Below are positions 38,671-48,995 of a stretch of 64,000 nucleotides of DNA, piece after piece. Below the pieces are notes generated by a model, which worked only from the letters and a program-made list of their open reading frames with translations, was not told the origin of the DNA and did no database searches. The DNA comes from an uncultured Eubacteriales bacterium (GTDB taxonomy: Bacteria; Bacillota; Clostridia; Oscillospirales; Butyricicoccaceae). The stretch spans positions 2,212-66,211 of the forward strand of contig CAJUIK010000003.1 in assembly GCA_910585875.1 (NCBI GenBank), read 5' to 3'. The translations under genes were made by a program, and so were the position numbers. How positions within the stretch are numbered: the first letter of the stretch is position 1; every line of letters starts with the position of its first letter.

Positions 38671-39510
38671 ATGAAACTGAACTTTTGGAACAAAGCGGCG
38701 GCGCTGGCTGCTGCGGCGGCTCTGAGCCTTTGTCTGGCGGCCTGTTCCCAGCAAGCGGAAGGAGATGCGGAACAAGGGGGAGAAAAGGGGCCTGTAACGC
38801 TGAAGGTGGGGGCCAGCCCCTCGCCCCACAGCCAGCTGCTGGAGCAGGCCAAGCCCATCCTGGCGGAGCAGGGCATTGAGCTGGAGATTGAGCAGTTCAC
38901 CGATTACATCCTGCCCAACGAAGCCCTGGAGCAGGGGGAGTTGGACGCCAATTTCTTTCAGCATCAGCCCTATCTGGAGGAATTCAACCAGAAGCATGGG
39001 ACGAGCCTGGTCTCCCTGGGCGCCGTGCATTTTGAGGCCATGGGAATCTATGGAGGCAAATGCGAAGAATTGGCCCAGCTGCCCAAAGGCGCCAAGGTGG
39101 GCGTTCCCAGCGACGTGACAAACGAGGCCCGAGCCTTGCAGCTGCTGGCTGACAAGGGCTTGATCGTCCTCAAAGAGGGGGCGGGGCTGGAGGCCACGGC
39201 CAAGGACATTGTGGAAAACCCGCAGGAAATTCAAATTGTGGAGATGGAGGCCGCCAACCTGCCTCGGAGCTTGCCCGACCTGGAAATCGCCGTGATCAAC
39301 GGCAACTACGCCATCGACGGCCAGGTCGTGGATCGGCTGATCGAAAGCGAAAGCGCTCAAAGCCAGGCGGCCCAGACCTTCGCCAACATTCTGGCTGTTC
39401 GAGAGGGGGATAACAGGCCCGAGCTGCAAAAGCTGCTGGAAGCCCTGCAAAGCCAGCAGATTGAGGAGTACATTTCCGAGCAATACAGCACTGTCTTCCC
39501 GGCTTTTTAG
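38671..39510 (+). CDS. metQ: MetQ/NlpA-family methionine-binding lipoprotein
   Basis: Lipobox LAAC; VGASPSPH, FTDYILPN, DANFFQHQPYL, NEARAL, INGNYA. Confidence 0.9.
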   Translation: MKLNFWNKAAALAAAAALSLCLAACSQQAEGDAEQGGEKGPVTLKVGASPSPHSQLLEQAKPILAEQGIELEIEQFTDYILPNEALEQGELDANFFQHQPYLEEFNQKHGTSLVSLGAVHFEAMGIYGGKCEELAQLPKGAKVGVPSDVTNEARALQLLADKGLIVLKEGAGLEATAKDIVENPQEIQIVEMEAANLPRSLPDLEIAVINGNYAIDGQVVDRLIESESAQSQAAQTFANILAVREGDNRPELQKLLEALQSQQIEEYISEQYSTVFPAF

Positions 39511-39582
39511 GGACAGAGGGCAAAAAGGCGCCGCAGCCAAGCCGCGGCGCCCTTTTATTATGATTTGGATAGAGGAGCGCGG

Positions 39583-40749
39583 TCAGGGCAGCTCTACTTG
39601 GTTCAGGCAGCCGGCGTAATCCGTCCGCTCCGGGCCGTTGCACTGTTCGCAAAAGACAAAGAGCCGGTCGCCCGGTTTCCAGTCGGGCAGAGTCAGCCGG
39701 GCCTCGCCTTCCGGCGCCAGGGGCAGAGCGACGTTGCCATAATGAGTCAGGTTCATCCGCTCGTCCAGAATGAGGGCGGAGATTCGCTCGTTGGGGGCGG
39801 TTTCCAGGTTGAAAACCGGGGCCCCCTGATAGGGGATCGCCAGCTCGTTCCCTACCCGCCGGATTTTGCCCAGAGTAAAGCCGTCCCGGCTTTCGTCGTG
39901 GAGGGTCAGTTTCCAGGCGGCGTTCTTTCGCTTGACGCGGGGCGTCGGGGCCAGGGAAGCCGTCCCCCGGGGCGCCGTCCGGTTTTTTCCCCCAGGGCCT
40001 GAGACAAACAGCACCCGGCTGGGGTTCAGGCTCAGCGCCGGCCGGGCAAAGAATTTCATAGTAACAGGGGAGCGCAGCAGACCGCCGAAATGAGTCAGCA
40101 CAATGGAAACCTCCACAGGGCCGGAGACCTGTTCAAAGGTCCGGGTCCACCACTCCTGTTCCGCCGTGTAGGTCCGCTTGCGGCGGAATCCATAGTCGTT
40201 TCGTTCGGCTTCCTCCGCCGACAGGAAAAATACCCGGTCCCCCTGTAAAATATCCGGCGCCGCCGGCAGGGGCGGCAGGCTGGGGTCGTAGGAATCCCGC
40301 TTGGCGCGGTAAGGCGGATCGCTTTTGAAGACGGCCAGCAGGGCGTCCCGTTCGCCGGAGGACAGACAGGATTTGGCGAAGTTCAGACACCAGCGCCGGG
40401 CGTCGCTGTCCCGCCAGACGGAAGAGGGGTCGGCTTGAGCCCGCCCCGGGTTGGGATGGCGGTCAAAGGACACATAGCCGTCCTGCCGGATCTGGCCGCT
40501 GACGGGGTGGTCCCCCAGCAGACAGTCGGACAGCAGCAAAAGAGGGCGGCCCTGGAAAGGCTGGCCGGCGGCGTCTCGATAGCCTTCTCCAGCGCTCTGC
40601 CGAGCCAAGACCCGCCAGAGGACAGGGGGGCGGCCTGGCCCCTCGGCGGCGCCCAGCCAGATATATTGGTAGCCCCGCAGCCGGCTGTAACCGGCGATGG
40701 GACCAGTCCCCAGGGCTATAGCCGGGATTTTGCAGCGTCTATCAAACAT
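39583..40749 (-). CDS. Hypothetical protein, DUF6273-like
   Basis: 388-aa ORF with AAGGAGAGG RBS; WRVL..LLLSD..W..S..RRW..DRVFFLSAEE..WWTR..RPAL pattern. Confidence 0.65.
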   Translation of the reverse strand: MFDRRCKIPAIALGTGPIAGYSRLRGYQYIWLGAAEGPGRPPVLWRVLARQSAGEGYRDAAGQPFQGRPLLLLSDCLLGDHPVSGQIRQDGYVSFDRHPNPGRAQADPSSVWRDSDARRWCLNFAKSCLSSGERDALLAVFKSDPPYRAKRDSYDPSLPPLPAAPDILQGDRVFFLSAEEAERNDYGFRRKRTYTAEQEWWTRTFEQVSGPVEVSIVLTHFGGLLRSPVTMKFFARPALSLNPSRVLFVSGPGGKNRTAPRGTASLAPTPRVKRKNAAWKLTLHDESRDGFTLGKIRRVGNELAIPYQGAPVFNLETAPNERISALILDERMNLTHYGNVALPLAPEGEARLTLPDWKPGDRLFVFCEQCNGPERTDYAGCLNQVELP

Positions 40750-40771
40750 GGGGACCCTCTCCTTCTATCAG

Positions 40772-41130
40772 TTAGAGCAAATTGCTGGAAAACAGCCGCA
40801 GGCCTGAAGCGGCGATGACGGCGTAAATCAGCTTTTTCATTTTTCCCCGTCGATACGGTTCACTGCCCGGCCGGCCAGCAGCAAACCCGCGCCAAACCCT
40901 AGATACCCTGCGGCCACATATTTCAGCAGGTCTGCTGTGATGATGCCCGTCAGCGCTCAGACCTACATGGTATACAGCCCGGCGAGGAAAAGAAGCGCTG
41001 GCAGGCGCCCGGATGCTCCTGGGTTTGGCAGCCGACAGTTGATGGTCTTGCGATACCGCCAGGCCAAGGCGGCCAGGCCGCCGAAGCTGACCATGGGAGA
41101 AGTCCCTGCCGCGGCGGGCATAGCGCCCAT
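40772..41130 (-). pseudogene. Decayed membrane-protein gene plus truncated downstream start
   Basis: Frame from ATG 41130 to TGA 40837 is hydrophobic but interrupted by TAG 40963-65 and TGA 40957-59; followed by 22-aa MKKLIYAVIAA stub via ATGA overlap. Confidence 0.4.
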
Positions 41131-42242
41131 TATTCAATGATGACGTCAGCGTCGACGGCCACACAGCTGATAAAGCTGTTCCCCGGCGCCAGCTTCAGCG
41201 GTTGGCCCGTCTCGTCCAGCAGGCGCAGAGGCTGGTCGTAGGAACCTCGCTCCCAGGTAATGGGGATCCAACGGCCCTCGCAGCAGTAAAAGCCCTTTCC
41301 TTGGCCTATGGAGTCCACTTCCACCAAAGCCAGTTCGCTGCTCGGCACGTCGGTCAGCGGCATTCGCAATATAATGAGGTTGACGGCGGACAGCTGCTCG
41401 TCGTAATAGGCGTCCATATGGGGCTGGCCATATTGATAGCGCAGGTATCGGCCGCTTTGCCGGTCGTATTCAAACCAGGGTTTGTGCCGGTTGGAGAACG
41501 TCAAGGTCGCTTGATTGGCAAAGGCCCCGTCTGAGGCGCTGTGATTGGAATCAAAGTTGAAAACCGGCCCTTGGTTTTTCCGGGTCAGATCCTGGTTCAA
41601 GCCAGCCAAAGCCTCTTCGATGCGGGGGCCGCTGGTGACGACGCTGTGCTCCAGGCCGATGGATTTGCGGCGGTAAGGGTCCCGCACATAGAGAGAGCCC
41701 TCATAGCCCCCTCGGATGCCGTCCATATCGATGAGGTCGCCGCGCTGGCCGATTAGATTGTAAGCGGGCACGCTGCCGCCGAAATGCAGGTAAGCGGCTT
41801 CAAAGCCCTGGGCCATATCGATGAAATAAGGCCGGGCCGAGCGAACGGAACCCAGGGCCTCTAGCCCCGCCGGGTTTTGGAACAAGGCCATGAAGCGGGT
41901 GATGCGTCCTTCGGCGATCATTTCAATCAGGATATCCGCCTGGGAAATCCCCCACTGGGGCAGGCTGTTGTAGCTGTTGCTCACCATCACCGCCACGGGG
42001 ATGCGCTCCGCCGTCTGCTCATCTATGCCGTCCTCCAAACCGGTCAGAGGGTTGATCGGCCCGGCGGGTTCCGGGTCAGGCTCCGGCTCCGGTTGGGGGC
42101 TTGAGTCGGTCTGGGGCAGGGGCGGCGGCTGGAACTGATCTGGCTGGGGGTCTGTCTCGGATTCCGCCGGGCGGGAGCAGCAGCACAAAGGAAGCAGCAG
42201 CGCCAGGCAGAGCAACAGGGCGAAACCACGCATTCGGCTCAT
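41130..42242 (-). CDS. DUF3048-domain (YerB-like) lipoprotein
   Basis: Signal peptide with Cys; NPLTGL, PQWGISQAD, EGRITRFMA, GSVRSARPYF, HFGGS. Confidence 0.87.
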   Translation of the reverse strand: MSRMRGFALLLCLALLLPLCCCSRPAESETDPQPDQFQPPPLPQTDSSPQPEPEPDPEPAGPINPLTGLEDGIDEQTAERIPVAVMVSNSYNSLPQWGISQADILIEMIAEGRITRFMALFQNPAGLEALGSVRSARPYFIDMAQGFEAAYLHFGGSVPAYNLIGQRGDLIDMDGIRGGYEGSLYVRDPYRRKSIGLEHSVVTSGPRIEEALAGLNQDLTRKNQGPVFNFDSNHSASDGAFANQATLTFSNRHKPWFEYDRQSGRYLRYQYGQPHMDAYYDEQLSAVNLIILRMPLTDVPSSELALVEVDSIGQGKGFYCCEGRWIPITWERGSYDQPLRLLDETGQPLKLAPGNSFISCVAVDADVIIE

Positions 42243-42303
42243 AAAAAATCTCCCTCCTCTTTGGTAATGAGCTTGAAAACCGCTCTTCAGCCTCTCCGGC
42301 CGG

Positions 42304-42852
42304 TCATTCCTGCTGGAAGGTGTCGGAAAGCAGGATTTTCAGGATGTCGTTGTAGATTTTCTCCGCGTCTTTGCGGAAATTCTGCTCCAGCAGGGCGCAT
42401 TGGCGGCTGTTCATCGCCATCACGTCCAAAGCCAGCACCGGGGCGTCGCGGTCGTTGATGGCCAAGCGGACTTGGTATGTGCCGTCCGGCCCCTGAACAT
42501 GGCTGGTTTCCAGAGAGCTGTCCCGGCGGATTTTGCGGACCACCCGAACGGCGGCGGCCTGGGCCTTGTCTTTGACGCTCATCCGCAGGTCGCCCTCGAA
42601 GATTTTGGCGGCTTCCCGGCCCAAGGGGGTGATATCGTACAGAGCTTTGCCCTCTTCGTCCTCCATGCGGCGGACATGGCCTGTCTGCAGCAGCTCGGCA
42701 AAGGCTTCGGAAAACTCGAAATATCCGAACGCGTCGTCGATGAGGCAGACGTCCAGCAAATCCGGTTCGCTGATGGGGAAGGGCAGGCAGCTCATGGCGA
42801 ATAAGATAAAGTATTTGATGTCGTTTTTATCGCGGAGATAACCCATGCTCAT
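42304..42852 (-). CDS. DUF4364 family winged-helix protein
   Basis: IKYFILF..YFEFSEAFAEL..YDITPLG..AEKIY pattern; GAGGA RBS. Confidence 0.75.
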   Translation of the reverse strand: MSMGYLRDKNDIKYFILFAMSCLPFPISEPDLLDVCLIDDAFGYFEFSEAFAELLQTGHVRRMEDEEGKALYDITPLGREAAKIFEGDLRMSVKDKAQAAAVRVVRKIRRDSSLETSHVQGPDGTYQVRLAINDRDAPVLALDVMAMNSRQCALLEQNFRKDAEKIYNDILKILLSDTFQQE

Positions 42853-43110
42853 GGCGGCTTCCTCGTCCCGCCCCCACGGGGCGGAGACGCCTTTCTTCTT
42901 TTATTGTATAGGAGAGCCCAGGCGACCGGCCGGGCGCGCCCGGGCCGCCCCGTCTATGGCTCTGCCCCTTATGGATATTGTACCACAGGCGGGGAATAAA
43001 TACAAAGGAAAAGGCAAAGGGGAAAAGAACCTGGGCCGCCGCAGGGCTTGCGGTTTTCTGCGCCGTTTGCTGCACAAAATGGGCCGGAAGGCAATAGAAT
43101 GGCAATATAA

Positions 43111-43794
43111 ATGGCAATAAGGTGGCGATGTTCAGTGAAGGAACAATTATTGCAGTCAGATTATACCTGGGGGAGGCAGGCAGTGCTGCGCTGCCAGGCC
43201 CGGTATCCTCAGCTGGAAGCCGGGGAGCTGCCCGGTTTTGAGAGGGCTCTTTCCCAATATTACGCCGCGTATGCGCGAGATAAAATCAGCGGCTTGGCCC
43301 GGAGCTGGTATCCCGCCGCCTGCGCGGCCTGCCGCCGGGCGGCGCCTTACGGCGGATTTTCGCCTTTGGAGGCCCAATGCGAATACACAATAATGTATAA
43401 TCGAGGCGGTTATTACTCGGCGTTTTTTGATACATATGTCCGGCAGGAGGGCCGGGACCTGGCTTCTGGCCGGCAAAGCGGCGTGTTCTGGACAGGCGCC
43501 GGGCGGATGGTGCCCCTTTCGGCTTTGTTTCGCTCGGGATACCCTTACCGTCAGGTCATCCTGCGGTGCGTTCAAGAGGAGACCGCTCGCCAGGCGGGCC
43601 GGGATCCAGGGGCTTTTTATGTGGATTGGCCTATGTTGGTGGGCAAAGGGCTGGACGAGAGGAATTATTATTTGGCCGACGACGGATTGGTGGTTTATTA
43701 TCCCCGCCGGGCGCTGGGCCCCTCCTCCACCGGGCTTCCCTCTTTTTTGATCCCCTACGCCGCTTTTGGCAGCGGGCTGAAGCCGGAGCTTTAG
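43111..43794 (+). CDS. RsiV/DUF3298-domain protein
   Basis: YPQL..YTIMYN..LSALF..NYYLADDGLVVYYP..LGP..GLPSFLIPY; start may be GTG 43135. Confidence 0.7.
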   Translation: MAIRWRCSVKEQLLQSDYTWGRQAVLRCQARYPQLEAGELPGFERALSQYYAAYARDKISGLARSWYPAACAACRRAAPYGGFSPLEAQCEYTIMYNRGGYYSAFFDTYVRQEGRDLASGRQSGVFWTGAGRMVPLSALFRSGYPYRQVILRCVQEETARQAGRDPGAFYVDWPMLVGKGLDERNYYLADDGLVVYYPRRALGPSSTGLPSFLIPYAAFGSGLKPEL

Positions 43795-43903
43795 GGGCCG
43801 ACCCTTCCCCCGTTCCCGCGGCGCTTGCCGGGGAGCGGGGGGTGTGGTATAATCTAAAGTTAGACAGTCAGGCCACAATTTTCACACAGGCGGTGCAAAA
43901 AAT

Positions 43904-44491
43904 ATGGAAGAAAAAAGAATCGGCAGAAAAATCGGCGCGATAGCGGGCTGGGGGATAGCGGTAGCAGTGGGGGCGGCTTTGGCGCTGGCCGCCTACGTCG
44001 GCTTTTTCACAAACAGTTTGCTGCCGAGCTTTTGCGGTTACCAGCTGAGCCCTGTGATCCAGCGGGATATGGGACGGGCCCTGCCGGAAGGCGGCCTGGC
44101 GGTGGTGGATCTGCGGTCTGCGCCCGAGCAAAACGAAGCGGCGGCCTATCGGGACGAAGAGGGCCGGATGCGCTTCGGCCGGCTCTGCGGCAGGGAAGGG
44201 GAGGCGTATCTGATCAAAGCCGACCTGGGGCAACAGACAGAACAGCTGTCGCCGGACCGGGTTGCCGGCACAGTGCATCTCTATGTGTCCGGCCTGGGCG
44301 GGCTGGCGATTGCGCTGGAAACCTACCGCCTGACTGTGGCGGCCACGGCGGCGGTTTACATTTTGGTCCTGCTGGCCGCTCTGTTTACCCGGGGCAAACG
44401 CCGCCGGGAGCGCCGCCGCCGGGAGCTGATGGAGCTTTTTGCCTTTTACGGCGAGAAATACGACATGGAAGAAGCGGATATCGATTATTGA
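43904..44491 (+). CDS. Membrane protein resembling a degenerate SipW-type signal peptidase
   Basis: N- and C-terminal TM; GYQLSPVIQRDMGRALPEGGLAVV, IKAD, VAG..YVSGLG align with the S26B layout. Confidence 0.6.
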   Translation: MEEKRIGRKIGAIAGWGIAVAVGAALALAAYVGFFTNSLLPSFCGYQLSPVIQRDMGRALPEGGLAVVDLRSAPEQNEAAAYRDEEGRMRFGRLCGREGEAYLIKADLGQQTEQLSPDRVAGTVHLYVSGLGGLAIALETYRLTVAATAAVYILVLLAALFTRGKRRRERRRRELMELFAFYGEKYDMEEADIDY

Positions 44492-44983
44492 GCGTGGCTT
44501 TTGGGAAAAGCGTTAAACAAATATTTCAGAAATAGTCCTGCAATAGGACTATTTTTTTATCGCTTTTTTAAGAAGCGCCCAAAAGGATTTTGTCGGCGGA
44601 GAAGAAACCTTGTAATTTGGCGGGCTGAAAACGCCCGGCGCCGCCCCTGCTCTCCTCTGTCCGCCGGATTTTTTCCTCTGGGCTCGACAAAATTTTATGA
44701 ATTTTATGCAAAAAAATGATGAAAAAACTATGAAAAATCCACAAAAAATGTGGGGAAACCCCGAGATAGGGCAAGGCTGCATTGTTGAAAAACAATAGAA
44801 AATGGGCGAATAAAGACTGTATAATTGTATGAAACGCACAATAATTATAAAGCGAAAGGCAAAGTTTTTCTTGCAATCAAGCCAAGCGCCTCATATAATT
44901 GGAGTCACTTCCTCGGGAATGGCTTTTGATTTTAACAGCAGTTTCAGGCCGCTGTTGAAAAATATTATGATGAGGTGAGAAAC

Positions 44984-46564
44984 ATGAACAAGAAACTGCG
45001 CGTCCTCAGCCTTCTGCTGGTTTTGGCGATGGCCTTCGGCCTGTTTGCCGGATGCAGCAAAGACGAGCCCGCCGACAAGGGTGATCAACCCGGCGCCGAC
45101 CAGCCCAAGGACGGCGACAAGCCCTCGGAGCCTTCCAACAGCGGCGGTAAGGACAGCATCATTATCGCCACCGCCAACGAAACCCCGTCCCTTTCCCCCA
45201 CAGAACACAACGCCGTGGCCGGTTCTTATATGAACCTGCTGACCTATAACACTTTGTTCCGGGGCGGCATGGACCTGGAGCCCGAACCCGACTTGGTGGA
45301 GAGCTATGAAGCCGTCAGCGAGACGGAATGGCAGTTCAAAATCAAGCAGGGCGTCAAGTTCCACAACGGCGAAACCATGACGGTGGAAGACGTCAAAGCC
45401 TCTCTGGAATGGGCCAAGGGCTTCCCCGAAGTTAGCCTGTACAACGACGATATCGTCAAGGTGGACGTGATCGACGACGAAACCATCCAAATTACTACTC
45501 CGGGCCCGGACGCCATGTTGCTGAGCAACCTGAGCCACCATGGCAACGCCATCGTGCCCAAATCCCTGATCGACAGCGGCCACGATTTCAATGCCGAGCC
45601 CATCGGAACCGGCCCCTATAAGTTTGTCAAATGGAACCGGGGCGACAGCGTGGAATTCGAGGCGTTTGAAGAGTTCTTCCGCGGCGCTCCTTCCATCAAG
45701 AAGATGGTCTGGAAGACCATCCCCGAAGGATCCTCCCGGACCATCGCTCTGGAAGCCGGCGAGATCGACTTCATCGTGGAAGTAGAAGCCATGGACGGCG
45801 ACCGCTTGAAGAGCAACGACAAGCTGACCGTCATCGAATACAGCGCCACCAACGAGACTTGGCTGATGCTGAACAACGAGAAGCCCGGCCTGGACAACCA
45901 GGACGTGCGCCATGCTATCAATACCGCCATCGACAAGGACAGCGTCGTGACTGTGGCCTATAACGGCATGGCCACTCCGGCCATCAGCCAGATGCCCATC
46001 AACTTTGAGGGCGCCACGACGGAAAACGCCGACGTTTACGACGTGGAAAAGGCCAAAGAGTGGATGGATAAATCCGGCGTGGACCCTGCCTCTGTTGAGA
46101 TTTCCATCATCTGTTCTGACGACACCAAGAAGAGGGGCGGCGAAGTCGTCCAGGCCAATCTGAAGGAAATCGGCATCAACGCCCAGATCGAGAGCATGGA
46201 CCTGGCCACCTATCTGTCCGTCACAACAGAAGGAAACTACACTGCGGCCATCGGCGGCTATTCCTCCAGCAACCTGCTGGGCTATGTGGTGGGCGTGTAC
46301 CACTCTAACTCCATCAACGCCTCCAACAAGACTCGGTTGAACAACCCCGAGGTCGACGCTCTGATCGACAAGGCCAAGGAAACCTTGGACCCAGCCGACC
46401 GCAAAGTCATTATGGAAGAGCTTTCCGCGCTTCTGAACGAGCTGTGCTCCCAGGCCCCCCTGTGGCAGCCTGTCAGCATGAGGGCTTATGCCGCCGGCCT
46501 CCAGGGCGTGCAGGTCAGCGACAGCGGCACCCTGTATTTTGAGGATTGCTACTGGGCTGAATAA
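44984..46564 (+). CDS. Family-5 ABC substrate-binding lipoprotein (array copy 1)
   Basis: Lipobox FAGC; GVKFHNGETMTVEDV, PIGTGPYKF, VRHAINTAID; GAGGTG RBS. Confidence 0.93.
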   Translation: MNKKLRVLSLLLVLAMAFGLFAGCSKDEPADKGDQPGADQPKDGDKPSEPSNSGGKDSIIIATANETPSLSPTEHNAVAGSYMNLLTYNTLFRGGMDLEPEPDLVESYEAVSETEWQFKIKQGVKFHNGETMTVEDVKASLEWAKGFPEVSLYNDDIVKVDVIDDETIQITTPGPDAMLLSNLSHHGNAIVPKSLIDSGHDFNAEPIGTGPYKFVKWNRGDSVEFEAFEEFFRGAPSIKKMVWKTIPEGSSRTIALEAGEIDFIVEVEAMDGDRLKSNDKLTVIEYSATNETWLMLNNEKPGLDNQDVRHAINTAIDKDSVVTVAYNGMATPAISQMPINFEGATTENADVYDVEKAKEWMDKSGVDPASVEISIICSDDTKKRGGEVVQANLKEIGINAQIESMDLATYLSVTTEGNYTAAIGGYSSSNLLGYVVGVYHSNSINASNKTRLNNPEVDALIDKAKETLDPADRKVIMEELSALLNELCSQAPLWQPVSMRAYAAGLQGVQVSDSGTLYFEDCYWAE

Positions 46565-46914
46565 GCGCGCTTGGCAGAGGGGATCGATTGGGCAAAGCCC
46601 GTCGGCGCCGCCGCCCCTGGAAAAACCGGGGGCGGCGGCCGGCGCGAAGGGGGGCGCCGTCCCGGGCATAAGCCCTTGATTTTGTCAAATCTTTTTTTAT
46701 CCGGCTTCAGAGGGGCCGCCGCGAGCAAATATGTGCAGATTGCCCATAAGGCGCGGCGGAGAAGAGGGGGCAGGATACAAAATGAACAAAAAATGAATTT
46801 TTTAACCGGTTGTCCAGCCGGGGGGGCTGTACAGATTGCACAAAAATAAAGGGTAAAATTTTACGTTTGGAGCAGAACTGCATAAGAATTGTGAAATAAA
46901 ACGTAAATTTTCCG

Positions 46915-46943
46915 TTGCAAAAAGAAATTCGACAGATTATAAT
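46915..46943 (+). promoter_or_regulatory. sigma-A promoter of the permease/ATPase operon
   Basis: TTGCAA-17bp-TATAAT. Confidence 0.75.
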
Positions 46944-47145
46944 ACAAGATACAGTTGCTTATGGGAACCATTGGGCGCCGCCGGCGGCGGACCTGAAACC
47001 CAACGAAGCGCATTTCACACGCAGGGGCGGGCCGCGTTCCCTTTCCTGCGCGTGTGGCGATACCCTTTTTGCCGGATGCGCCGCCAACAGAATTGGCAGC
47101 GTCCTGTTGGAGGCGCAGGGGCAAAAAACAACTTAGGAGGATCTT

Positions 47146-48090
47146 ATGTGGAAATTCATTCTTAAGAGACTGGTTATGATGATCCCCGTGCTGATCGGCG
47201 TCACGCTGCTCGTGTACATGATCCTGCATTTCGCCCCCGGCGACCCGGCGAAGGTTATCCTGGGCGAGCAGGCCACACCCGAGCAGATTGAAGAGCTGAG
47301 AGAGCAGCTGGGGCTCAACGACCCGGTGTTGGTGCAGTACGCCAATTACATTATCAACCTGGTGCAGGGCGATATGGGCATGTCGTACAAGACCAAAGGC
47401 CCGGTTTCGGACGAAGTGTTCAACCGGTTCCCCAACACCATGAAGCTGACGGCCTGCGCTATGCTGCTGGCTGTGGCGGCGGCCGTGCCTCTGGGCGTCG
47501 TAGCCGCCGTGAGACAAAACACCTTGTTTGACAGCGTGAGCATGATCGTCGCCCTGGTGGGCGTTTCGATGCCCATCTTCTGGCTGGGCCTGCTGCTGAT
47601 CCTGTTCTTCTCGCTGCGACTGGGCTGGTTCCCATCCTCCGGCAGCGAAGGGTGGAAGAGCATCGTGCTGCCCGCCGTTGCTCTGGGCTTTAACCACATG
47701 GCGTCCATCGCCAGAACAACTCGTTCTTCCATGCTGGAAACCATCCGCGCGGACTATATCCGCACCGTGCGCGCCAAGGGCGTGGCCTACAGCAAGGCCA
47801 TCACCAAGCACGCGCTGAAAAACGCGCTGATCCCCACCATCACCGTTATCGGCCTGCAGATCGGCTTTATGCTGGGCGGCTCGGTGCTGACAGAGACAGT
47901 GTTCGCATGGCCTGGCGTCGGCCGTTTGATGGTGGACTCCATCAATGGCCGCGATATCCCCATGGTTATGGGTTGTATGATCCTGGTCTGCGCCACGTTC
48001 TCCTTCGTAAACTTGATCGTGGACCTGCTGTACGCAGCGGTGGATCCGCGGATTAAGTCCCAGTACAAGTCAGGGGGTAAGAGCAAATGA
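47146..48090 (+). CDS. Opp/Dpp/Nik ABC permease (B subunit)
   Basis: FILKRL, PGDPA, DYIRTVRAKG, FAWPGVG, DPRIK. Confidence 0.93.
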   Translation: MWKFILKRLVMMIPVLIGVTLLVYMILHFAPGDPAKVILGEQATPEQIEELREQLGLNDPVLVQYANYIINLVQGDMGMSYKTKGPVSDEVFNRFPNTMKLTACAMLLAVAAAVPLGVVAAVRQNTLFDSVSMIVALVGVSMPIFWLGLLLILFFSLRLGWFPSSGSEGWKSIVLPAVALGFNHMASIARTTRSSMLETIRADYIRTVRAKGVAYSKAITKHALKNALIPTITVIGLQIGFMLGGSVLTETVFAWPGVGRLMVDSINGRDIPMVMGCMILVCATFSFVNLIVDLLYAAVDPRIKSQYKSGGKSK

Positions 48091-48977
48091 GTAAGGGAAA
48101 TAACAACGCCAACGCCGCCACAAGCACGAAAAAGCATGGCCAGATGTACGACGTTTGGCGTCATCTGAAAAGAAACAAAGGCGCTATGCTGGGTTTGGCC
48201 ATCGTGGTTCTGCTGATCCTGATGGTGACTTTCGCCGGCGTGCTGTATGATTATGAAGAAGTCGTCATCAAGCAGGATATCGCCAACCGCCTGCAGTCTC
48301 CCTCCGGGGCCCATCCCTTCGGCACAGACGAAATGGGCCGCGACATCATGGCGAGAATCTTCCACGGCGCCCGCATGAGCTTGGGCATCAGCGTGGTGGC
48401 CGTCTGCTTCTCCTTGGTGGTGGGCGGCATCCTGGGCGCTTCCGCCGGCTTCTTCGGCGGCAAGGTGGATATGATCATCATGCGCTGCATGGACATCCTG
48501 CTGGCTATTCCCAACATCCTGCTGGCCATCACCATCGTGGCCGCGCTGGGCGCCAGCAACTTCAACTTGATCATCGCGCTGACGATTTCCAGCGTGCCCG
48601 GCTTTTCCCGTATCGTCCGCGGCGCAGTGCTGACCGTCCGCGATTCTGAGTACATCGAAGCCGCCCGCGCCATCGGCGCCAAAAACGGCAGAATTATTCT
48701 GAGCCACGTTATTCCCAACTGTATGGGCCCCATCCTGGTTCAGACGACGCTGAACGTCGGCGGCACCATCCTTTCCACCGCCGGCTTGAGCTTCCTGGGC
48801 CTGGGCGTTCAGGCTCCCCGTCCCGAATGGGGCGCGATGCTGTCCGGCGGCAGAACGTATATCCGCGATTACAGCTATATCACCATGTTCCCCGGCTGCA
48901 TGATCATGATCACGATTCTGAGCCTGAACCTGTTGGGCGACGGTCTGCGTGACGCGCTGGATCCGAGACTGAAGTAA
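48087..48977 (+). CDS. Opp/Dpp/Nik ABC permease (C subunit)
   Basis: HPFGTDEMGRD, EYIEAARAIG, PEWG, GDGLRDALDP. Confidence 0.93.
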   Translation: MSKGNNNANAATSTKKHGQMYDVWRHLKRNKGAMLGLAIVVLLILMVTFAGVLYDYEEVVIKQDIANRLQSPSGAHPFGTDEMGRDIMARIFHGARMSLGISVVAVCFSLVVGGILGASAGFFGGKVDMIIMRCMDILLAIPNILLAITIVAALGASNFNLIIALTISSVPGFSRIVRGAVLTVRDSEYIEAARAIGAKNGRIILSHVIPNCMGPILVQTTLNVGGTILSTAGLSFLGLGVQAPRPEWGAMLSGGRTYIRDYSYITMFPGCMIMITILSLNLLGDGLRDALDPRLK

Positions 48978-48995
48978 GACAGGAGGAAAAAAGCG

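Noticed and set aside
40957..40965. Pyrrolysine/selenocysteine read-through of the in-frame TAG and TGA
   Set aside because: Two different stops two codons apart in a non-enzymatic hydrophobic frame, with no pyl/sel context; decay is simpler
43086..43122. Short triple GGCAATA repeat and a sigma-K-like promoter before the DUF3298 gene
   Set aside because: Too short and degenerate to support without a PWM scan
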